Source: Octopus vulgaris (taxonomy: Eukaryota). Taken from it: a stretch of 64,000 bases of DNA. The notes under the pieces were generated by a model. It saw only the letters and a list, made by a program, of their open reading frames with translations, was not told the origin of the DNA and did not search any database. The DNA lies in assembly GCA_951406725.2 (NCBI GenBank), contig OX597831.1, forward strand, positions 30,194,001-30,258,000. The letters run 5' to 3'. The position numbers and the translations under genes were made by a program. Shown in pieces: positions 54,075 to 64,000 of this stretch (position 1 is the stretch's first letter; each line of letters begins with the position of its first letter).

Positions 54075-54410
54075 TGGAAGCACTCCGTCGGTTACGACGA
54101 CGAGGGTTCCGGTTGGTCCGAATCAACGGAACAGCCTGCTCGTGAAATAAACGTGTAAGTGGCTGAGCACTCCACAGACACGTGTACCCTTAACGTAGTT
54201 CTCGGGGATATTCAGCGTGACACAGAGAGTGACAAGGCCGGCCCTTTGAAATACAGGTCAGCAGGGATCACCACCATCCCCTGCCGGAGCCTCGTGGAGC
54301 TTTTAGGTGTTTTCGCTCAATAAACACTCACAACGTCCGGTCTGGGAATCGATACCGCGATCCCATGACCGCGAGTCCACTGCCCTAACCACTGGGCCAT
54401 TGCACCTCCA
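54075..54410 (-). mobile_element. SINE family C with internal deletion
   Basis: Same sequence, lacking about 50 bp between tacaggt and cagcaggg. Confidence 0.9.
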
Positions 54411-54491
54411 GATATGTGTGTATATGCCTTCAGGGACTGTGTCTGTGTGAAAATGGGTTTGTGTACATAAACAAACAGCTCGTCTACTTAC

Positions 54492-54589
54492 CTTGGTAAA
54501 ACAATGACTTGTAATCCAGCCGTACAGACAAGCATCACCAAAGAACATATCATACTGCTATTGAATGCAATGTCATCTACCCCTTGATA
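54492..54589 (-). CDS. rut: Adenylyl cyclase exon 3, TM7 (YQGVDDIAFNSSMICSLVMLVCTAGLQVIVLP+R)
   Basis: gacag| acceptor, AG|gtaagt donor; 98 nt, phase 0 to 2; hydrophobic helix; not in the ORF track in this frame. Confidence 0.9.
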
Positions 54590-54864
54590 CTGTCATAGAA
54601 AGAAAGAGAATTGTTTATTGTTCCATAATAATGATAGTAAATTGAATTTTAATTGGCGCAGTGAACTATGGCCACGGCAAGAGAACAAAAGCGAAATAGA
54701 ACAGAAACAAATGACAGGAGTTATTTAGATTGAGTAAAAGTTTGAAATCAACGAGAAGGAGTGTATATTAATATATTATAAAACGATGAAAATCACTAAT
54801 AAAGTATAAAGAAAGAATTCCATAGTGGTGAAGCAACGAAACAGAGTGATATAGAGCATCACAC

Positions 54865-55004
54865 ACAGACAACACACATACACACATGAGAACACACACA
54901 CACACATGGGAATACACACACGCAGAGGAATGCACACATAGGCAAGGACACACAAACACACACTCACGAGCACACATACACGCAAACTACCAACACACAT
55001 ATGC

Positions 55005-55035
<31 letters not shown>

Positions 55036-55420
55036 TGGGAGCACACACACGCAGAGGAATGCACACATAAGCAAGGGCACACAAACACACACGCACGAGC
55101 ACACATACACGCGCACTACCAACACACATATGCACACGCACACACACACACACGCAGAGGAATGCACACATAGGCATAGACACATAAACACGCACGCACG
55201 AGCACACATACACGCAAACTACCAACACACATATGCACACGCACACACACACACACACACATGGGAGCACACACACGCAGAGGAATGCACACATAGGCAT
55301 AGACACACAAACACGCACGAGCACACACACATACGCGCACTAATACACACACATATGCACGCACACACACACACACACATACGGGTACATACATACACGC
55401 ACGCACACACTCACACACAC
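54865..55420. repeat. Higher-order CA-rich minisatellite (~110-130-bp unit)
   Basis: cacacgcagaggaatgcacacata recurs four times. Confidence 0.9.
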
Positions 55421-56592
55421 ATAAACATTTAAGTGTATTGATACGCTAAAAGCGTTTACTGCCACTTTGTCACCAATCTACGTCCACATCGTAGAAGTTG
55501 GCCGATCTAGCAACGTCGAATTTGCCAGCTTCAATTACCATTATGAAAACTTACCAGAAGCAAGCATTTCCTTCTCAATTCTCAACTCGTATTTTCAAGT
55601 GGTTTTGAGGAAGATGAAAGGAAAAACAAAAACCAGAAAATTTCCGTCCTCATACATTTCAAAAGCGTCTACCACACATGTTTTTAACCTTAACCACCAT
55701 CTACAGTACATGTTAGTATATATCTATTCGAAACGTTGTTACATCCCGATATCTGTTCAGTATCTAGTTACAATGAAACTCATTTGTCCTCTACATTATA
55801 AGACTTTATTGCTTCCTCCTGCTCCTCCTATTCATATGTGCCAGTGAGTACTTTCAGCTTCCATACATTACTTTCCCAGATTGTCTTGTCTTAGTTAATT
55901 CTTCTGGATCTTATCTGTTTAAGTTCAGTGAAACATAGTTACTACTATGTTAATACTGATTTAGTTAATACTATCGTATCCTTTTCTACTAGTTCTGCGT
56001 TTGCTCTCTGCCTGAGATTTATCAGCCTTTGCCTTTGTTAAATTCGTTGCAGCAGCTTGTTCCTTCCTGGGCAGCTTATTCTGAACAATAATTTACTAGT
56101 TATATCATTATCTAATTAATCCTTCTTTGCTTTGTCATCACCTCCATTAATATTGTTGTTCTTGTGATTTTCTACATACAGATATCATTAGCCCCGTAAC
56201 CATTCATGGAGTATACCATCGTTTGTATACCTTACGATTATACGGCCTCCTTGCGACGGATGGAGTAAAAAATATTATTTCTCTGAATTTTTTACATTCT
56301 CTGAATGTAAGAAGTATTATTTCTCTGAACTAAACACGAAAAAATGTTAAGGTGTTGCGACAGCTTACAAATGTGAAACTAATTACTTCACAAATCTTCT
56401 TAAAATTAGAACAATTCAGACACGGAAACGCATCGACGTCACAGACACAACATATAACTGGTAACATAATACGAACCCTTGTACGTTTGTCTGTTATTTT
56501 ATCCAAGAGATTTGTGTTTTCCATGTCATTTTGTATTAGAGACATATCAACAAACTCCGAGGAATTCGTCAGTTAGAGTTTCTATACATTAC

Positions 56593-56740
56593 CTTTTTTT
56601 CCTTGGCCGAGTTTTTGAATCTAAGTGTGGAGAAATGAACATGGTTAGCAGTCTCTTGCTCAATACTTCTTGCTGTTATAGCTTGTGCCAGATATTTGTT
56701 GACTCGGTCAAGTGGTTCCGGCGGTGGCACACTTGATAAG
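56593..56740 (-). CDS. rut: Adenylyl cyclase exon 2, C1b region (LSSVPPPEPLDRVNKYLAQAITARSIEQETANHVHFSTLRFKNSAKEKK)
   Basis: ttcag| acceptor, AAG|gtaatg donor; 148 nt; matches the AC C1b pattern VNxYLxxAIxARSI...TLxF. Confidence 0.92.
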
Positions 56741-56783
56741 CTGAAGCGACAGAAGATAAAGAGAAACACCACATATAATGCTT

Positions 56784-56815
<32 letters not shown>

Positions 56816-57030
56816 GAGAGAGTTTGAAGGGATGTAGAGATATTGTATATTTAGAATAATAAGGTAGTCAGAATGTTGAATGGTTATATATATATTTTTT
56901 ATTTATTTAGATCTTATTTGCCTTTTAGCGCTTTCATCTGTTAGCAGATTTATTGGAAAAAAGCACTAAAAATGTAAATAAGATGTAAATAGATAAAAAG
57001 ATATACACTCATCCAACATTCTGACTACCT

Positions 57031-57096
<66 letters not shown>

Positions 57097-57394
57097 GTAT
57101 AGTATAATGGTTTGTAGAATCCTGTGGTAACCATAGAAAAGCTCTTCAAGTGGATCCGGCTACATATCACATAATAATCTAATACGGCTTTCATCCTATG
57201 GATATCAACTGATGAAATGAATATATTCGCGTTTCTCACACCTCCTGTCTTTCGTTATGTTATACATACATACATACATACATACATACATACACCCCCC
57301 ACACATATATATATGTGTAGAAGGTTGAAAAGGAACACACAAGTTGATATTTATGAAAAAAAGTCATGGTAGCATTTTCTACGTTGACTTTTTT

Positions 57395-57456
<62 letters not shown>

Positions 57457-58306
57457 CTCTGGATATCCTTGTTGCTTATTTTGATTATAGTCACCCCATT
57501 TTGAAGTATATGGATAATACCATACTAAATTCTGGTGCCTTTAACAAGTACCATATTCAACTGAATCTAAATTTTTACTGAACTTATATATATATATATA
57601 TGTATACACACACACACGATAAGTGAAGAATAGAGATACTAGTATTTTATTCTTTCCGATGGTGATATTTTCCGTGTATTTAAATATTTCCCCAATTAAA
57701 TATGCACTTCATTTTAGAGGTTCCAAGGAAGCTATAGGTTAATACATAGCGATATATTTTATTTTGTCTATATCATTTTCCTTCTATTTCCATTTTTATT
57801 CTAATTCTTATTCTGATTTTGTTTTTGTTTTGCTTTTATCTTCTTCACTTTGTAGTTGTATCCCTTACTCTACAACTCCCTTGAAGAATTATAACCTAGC
57901 CTTAATAATGCAGATTTACCAATGATACCCTAGACTTATAATTTAAGATCTTATTTTAGTTGTAATCTTCTTGTTTCTTTACCTCTTATTGTAGTTAAAG
58001 TAACCTCGATTAATAAGAAAGAACCATAAACAAATATCTGAAACAGCTGTAAGCCTATAACAAATAAATAAATGCATATAACCCATAATTTCTGTCCATT
58101 TTATGCAACGCTCTGTAAAATCCATCTTAACTTGGAAATAAATTTACAAATTTGACGGATGATGGACTTTGATTTCGGATTATCTGTAGTACTATACACA
58201 TTACATATCAGATGACTTTTTTCTTAGCTTGATATACTTTTATCTGCAAACAGATTAAGAAGTATTTCGTCTGGATTACAAAGCGCCTAGCAATCTCTCT
58301 ATGCTT

Positions 58307-58391
<85 letters not shown>

Positions 58392-59142
58392 TTCATCCAC
58401 GATATATATATATATATATATCGTGGATGAACTTCCACACAGTTTCATTGTAGCAAATTCGTTCACAAGCTATTGGTTGACGCGTAGTTAAAGCGGAAGG
58501 CACTTTTCTCAGGGTACCCCGCTGTGTACATAACTTCAAACCACGTTGTTGCTTAGTGCGCTCCTCAGCTATACTGCCACACCCACGTCCATCTTTATAC
58601 TGTGTCCACGTCATTAACACCTCCTCCACCCTCATCGTTCCCACTACATTCAGTTTATTTATCCTTTAAAGCTAGTTGACATTTCTGCTTTCCCTGATGA
58701 AGAATATTTGCCTGAAGCGTTAAGCTTTCTCTTCATTCACATATTATAAATATATTCCACTGTTGGAATGACTTTTAATTACTCCATAGCCTTATGCAAA
58801 GCTGTTGGGGTTGATTTGAGCAGAGAGCAGGTGCTTTTGCTGAGACCACTGAACCAACCACTTAACCTTTGTCTTTGTCTTCCTGCCTTCTTTATCTCTT
58901 CCTCCTCCTCCTTCTTACCATCGTCGTTGTCATCGCAATCCTCCTTCTTTTTGTCATCCTCATTCCCATTGCTATCATCATCGTCGCCATCATCATGATG
59001 GTCGCAATCATCATCATCAACAACAACCTCTCGTTAATTTCACCGTCATTGAGATTTGTCATTTTGCTTCTTCCTCTCGTTCTTTTGCTTCTTCATCGTC
59101 ACTAGTTACCTAAACCACAAACGCACACGACAATAACTAAGG

Positions 59143-59190
<48 letters not shown>

Positions 59191-59202
59191 CGATGATAAT
59201 AA

Positions 59203-60140
59203 TATTAGGTTGTTTCACATGAAATGTCGTATTTGAAAGGCAACAATAAAATGTTTCAGAAGTGTTAGAAAACTGATTTATTTAATCAAAGTATGATCCA
59301 TCTTAATTTATGATGTTTACCCATCGTTTGTCTATGTCTATACTTCATCTTTAACAAAAAAATTCTTCTTTCGCTGTGACAAACTGTCCGAATGCTTTTA
59401 TTACCTCTTCTCTATTTAAGAATGCTTTATTGCTTATGAAAAGCTCAAAATGCTTAAATAAGTGATCAGTAGATAGGAAAGACGTTGCAAAATCTCATAA
59501 TTCAGGCTTTGAAAATTTTGGACCGTAGCTTGAAGAGTGAGAAGACGTTCATTGTCGTGGAGCAAAATTGGGCCATCTCTGTTGACTAGTCTGGGTTAAA
59601 TCTTTTTCAAATTCTCATGCAAACAGTCAATTTCCTGGCAATACGATGTTACTCTTACCGTTATTCCTTGTTGCAAAAATGAATAATGAATAACTATTCG
59701 CAGACTACCATACAATGACCACTAACATTTTAGGGTGCAATGGTGGGTTTTGGTAGTGTTTAGGTGACTCTCCTACTTCTAATCACTGTCTTGTTCTCGT
59801 ACTGTTGTTAAAGATTTTTCCAGTCGAGAAAGCAATATGGAGTACACTTCCAGGCGTCTGTTTTTTTTAAATCTCATTCAGTTGATGTAGAACAAACCTA
59901 TCCATTTTCTTGACTTTTCCAATTTTTTACAGGTGTCCAAAAACAGCTATGCGAGATGTTCGGTGTTCTGATGAAAGTTTTTGAACCTTTGTTCTCGGAT
60001 TTTCTTCAACCAAAGCATTTAATCCATCATGTCGAGTAACTGATTTTGGCCTACCCATTGGCTATCATCTCCTAAACGAGAGCTTTGTCACCTTCTCTGA
60101 ACGGTTCTAATGCCAACAAAGGCCCGCTTGATATTCCTTA
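59203..60140 (-). mobile_element. Highly degenerate mariner transposon
   Basis: tattaggttg TIR-like end; GPILLHDN and RWVNII..DGSYFD* fragments on the minus strand. Confidence 0.7.
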
Positions 60141-60543
60141 GAGCTTCTGCGGCAGAGTGACCCAGTCTGTACTCATACGAGAAAATGACTCAACATAGTT
60201 TGGTTGTTATCATTTTCATAAGGTCTGTGGGTACGAATTTTGTATACCAATATTGTTAGGAAAGAAAAATAATCAAGATTAAATGCAAGGTATACATAAT
60301 TAAAAATACGGCATTTCATGTGAAACAACCTAAGAATAGTTCTGTCTACTACAGGCAGAAGGCCTGAGATGTTCGGGGAGGGGACTAGTCGATTATGTCG
60401 ACCCCAGTGCTTCATGGGTACTTAATTTATCGATCCCGAAGGGTTGAATGACAAAGTCGAACTCGGAGGGATTTGAATTCAGAACGTATAGACAGACGAA
60501 ATGCCGCTAAACATGTTGTCCGTCTACGTTCTGAGTTATAAAG

Positions 60544-60634
<91 letters not shown>

Positions 60635-60670
60635 TAAATAATAATAATGATGATGATAATAATAATAATG

Positions 60671-60720
<50 letters not shown>

Positions 60721-61491
60721 CTTTATACTAATCTGCTTGATCGTTCGCCCTTTATACTTTAGTAAGTTAGAGAAGTGGAGGTGGAATTAGTCAGAGGTGG
60801 TGTACGCGTGGGAGAGAGAGTGAGGGAGGAGTTAAGAAAGAAGAGAGGAAGAAGTAGAGAAATGTGATTAATTTAATATACTTAGGCCAAATGCGTCACG
60901 TGGTCAGTTGAAGGTAGAGCCGAAGAACGAGAGAAAAAGATGGCGAGAGTAAAAAAGGACGAGAGAAGTGTTGACGACGTGCGTTGGGGTGGGGAAATAA
61001 TACTTATTACGTGCTTAAATGTTAGATGGGAAGGGTGAAGAAAAAGAGATATGTTTAGAATAGAATATTTAGCAGAGGGTGATGAAGTTAAAGAAAGGGT
61101 AGATAGAGATGGACAGAGGAGGAAGTTATAGTGATCATCACTTAACGCATATGCATAAGTACAATTATTTATCGTCTGTTCGCTTAAAATATTGATATTT
61201 TGGATTCACAAGAAACACGGTTGCAAACTACCCGAAGAAGGAATCGAATAATATAGAGCACAGATCAGAGAGGAATAGCGGGAACATATAAGAAAAAGAG
61301 GAAAAAGACAGCATGGACGGAGACGTGAGGAAAGGAATGGGGACGGACATCAAGTATACTTAAAGAAAGCTAAACTATGAATGCTTTAAAAATGCAAACC
61401 ATCCTTTCTTTCTCAAATAGGTCCCCTTAATGTTTTTTATTCCGTGGAATTTACATGGGTCCCACTAGTAGTAGTCGGGGTCGAGTCGGTG

Positions 61492-61827
61492 GACCCCCTT
61501 CGGTCATGACACTGACCATGGGATTGCACCTAGGAAGTTACTCTCCTAGTCACAAGACTGTGCAAGGTGGTTTATGGAAGACCAGCACTCGCCCATGCAT
61601 ACCGGCCTCCCGTCTCCACATCACCGATGTTATCCAAGGGAAAGGCAAAGGGGTCGATACAGCTTGGCACCTGTGACGTTGCAACTCATTTCTACAGCTG
61701 AGTGAACTGGAGCAACGTGAAATAAAGTGTCTTGCTCAAGAACACAACACGCAACTCGGTCAGGGATTCGAGCTCGCAACCTCACGATCGTAAGCTCGAC
61801 GCTCTAACCACTGAGCCATGCGCCTTC
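61492..61827 (-). mobile_element. SINE family D
   Basis: As above; related heads near 24428-24640 (+), 27027-27310 (+), 20815-20920 (-) and 22915-22990 (+). Confidence 0.8.
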
Positions 61828-63573
61828 ACACTATTAGTAGTAGTAGTAGTAATAATAATAATAATAATGATAATAATAATAATAATAACAATAATAATGT
61901 CATCATCATAGTCATCGTCGTAGTTATCCTCATCAGGATTAGTACTGTAACCGTTGTCAACGCTAATACTAGTGACTTAATACGCACAAAAAGTTCAGCT
62001 TCGTGAAGTGATGCATTAAATATAGAAGTAAGTTCCTTCCACCAATTTCTGTCTCACTTAACAACAGAACCGCTACTTTCACCCTTTTATTTCCATTCTT
62101 TTTGCCTGTATTTTATCGATAAGACATTAAGCCTATCGCTGAGGAACCAATTATTATCTTAATGCTTGTTTCTTAAATCTGACACAGGCAACCTCGCAGC
62201 AGCCGCCGAACGGGTACATTTGAGAGAAAAATGTACACGGCAATGACTTTTATCACACTAAGAGACACTAGTCATTTCCCCCACTTTTTACCGAAAAAGA
62301 AAGCCAAACAAATAACGTAAAATAATATAATACAAAATGAAAGTAAAACGCTGGTTATATAGGACGCGATTGCTTTTAACTGAAAAACCGTTTCTTGCTT
62401 TCAATACACAGCTATATACAGCAGTGATTGATTTTAATGTAGTATTTGCCAATTGATTTACGTATAAACCTGAAAATACAAGTGACTGCTTTTAGTATGA
62501 CAGTTATCAAATAATTTTAATGTTCGGCTGAGTGATGCCGATCAGCAGCGATTTAAGTAGACGACTTATGTGACGGAAGTAGTCTAAGAATTATTAAAAT
62601 AGTTGTCTTGTCTTTGTCTGTGTGCTTCTATTGATGAAACAATACAGAGTTTATTAAAAGTGATGTGTATTTACGCCAGTATAGAACAGGCTGCGTGTTT
62701 ATATAGGGAATGTTAAGTTAGTGCCTTCATATATAATATAGGAAAGGCTCAAATTAATCAATAACAGTTATGAAATGGAGAGACAACAATTAACTCAGTG
62801 ATTAATGTTATTTTAATCAGATATTGGCAAGTAAGGGCGACAACTTGGGACACGTTTCAGTCCTACTAGACGTTTTCAGGTAAGCAGTCTTCTCTAAACT
62901 AGTTAAATTAGTGATAAGGGAATACGTATCTTAAACTAAAATTATGTAGATAGGCTGTTGTTAAACATTGTTAAACAAGACGAAAAAATTTTACTAGAGA
63001 AAGATCTAACCAAGACGCAAGTATGAATACATTGAACTATACTTTGTTTTTATTAATTACATTATTATATGTGATTAATTAGTTATATAAAACTGTATTA
63101 TATTTCAGTCTTGTTGTTGCAGTTGCTACTGTTATTTAGCCCAAGGTCAACACTGATCGAGCAGAATTACCATCATTGGCGTTACAGCAGTGATCGCCCG
63201 TCTTTTATTTTCACGCTACGAATATTCATGGAAATATATTTATTCAGCGTATTCACACAGGTTAAAGAAAATATAGTTATTCTATGGAGATATCACAGCA
63301 CATTATGGAGATTAGTAGCACAAGCAACCATACGATCGTTTCCGCTTAAGTAGATTGTTTCTTTAGGCAAATTGTTTCTTTTGTTTCAATATTTCTATAA
63401 TACTTTAACAGATATATGTCCGAATCTGCCGCTAAGTGAGAATCAATGTTCCGAGTAACGACATTTACCCGCAAGAGACCTTACGATAATTATTTTAATA
63501 CAAATTCTACAAAGGTAAGCCACACTGTGAAAGCAACGGAAAATACATAATATAAAACAAAGTAAATACTTAC

Positions 63574-63614
63574 CGTCCTTGAAACGGCTTCCTAATGTCT
63601 GATACTAATTTACT
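63574..63614 (-). CDS. rut: Adenylyl cyclase (rutabaga/ADCY1-like), window exon 1: 41-nt micro-exon in C1b ([13 protein letters not shown]+R)
   Basis: tttctatttgcag|AGT...GGA CG|gtaagt; the phase-2 end joins the single leading C of the next exon to give CGC (Arg). Supported by splice signals and phase rather than a strong motif. Confidence 0.7.
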
Positions 63615-63651
63615 CTGCAAATAGAAATAGATATATGCATGTAAGACTGTG

Positions 63652-63724
<73 letters not shown>

Positions 63725-63844
63725 ATATATATATATGTATGTATATATATATATGTATGTATGTATATGTGTATATGTATGTATATGTATATATATGCAT
63801 GTAAGAACGTGCCAGTATATATATATACATATATATATACACAC

Positions 63845-63901
<57 letters not shown>

Positions 63902-64000
63902 TCTTCTGTCTTCGTTCCTTGCACCACATGGGACCGATTCCTTCTTCTTCATCTGACTCCCTCCTCTCCTCTTTTCATCTGACGCTTACTTCCTCTCTTT

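Noticed and set aside
55450-56230. Possible ancient LINE remnant (also 34380-34590)
   Set aside because: Only faint motif resemblance; cannot be supported without a profile search.
62180-62250. HDV-like ribozyme (cctcgc, gg, gtacattt/aaatgtac hairpin, ggcaat)
   Set aside because: A P4-like hairpin is present but I could not find P1, P2 or P3 pairings.

Overview
AT-rich, microsatellite- and SINE-laden animal DNA; the repeat landscape resembles an octopus/cephalopod genome (inference). The window holds the 3' two-thirds of one large minus-strand gene, a transmembrane adenylyl cyclase most like rutabaga/ADCY1 (Ca2+/calmodulin-responsive type). I reconstructed 13 GT-AG coding exons (63614 down to 4492) whose phases join into one open frame of 4542 nt (1513 aa plus stop): end of C1b, six M2 transmembrane helices, an intact C2 catalytic domain and a ~980-aa disordered tail encoded by a 3-kb last exon. 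The 5' exons lie beyond 64000. Introns carry four tRNA-derived SINE families, Tc1/mariner remnants, R4/Dong-like LINE pieces in (TAA)n arrays and a non-autonomous Helitron. The most notable signal is a set of hammerhead-ribozyme (HHR) motifs: one fully canonical extended type I hammerhead in the sense orientation of the cyclase pre-mRNA (36289-36357), a multicopy short element with a variant CUGUNGA core, and fold-back elements with hammerhead-like cores near their centres. Two exon donors are locally duplicated, and the cyclase tail carries several SxIP-type motifs and a terminal PDZ-type motif. Almost all other listed ORFs are microsatellite artefacts. All structures were read by eye; nothing was folded or searched computationally.
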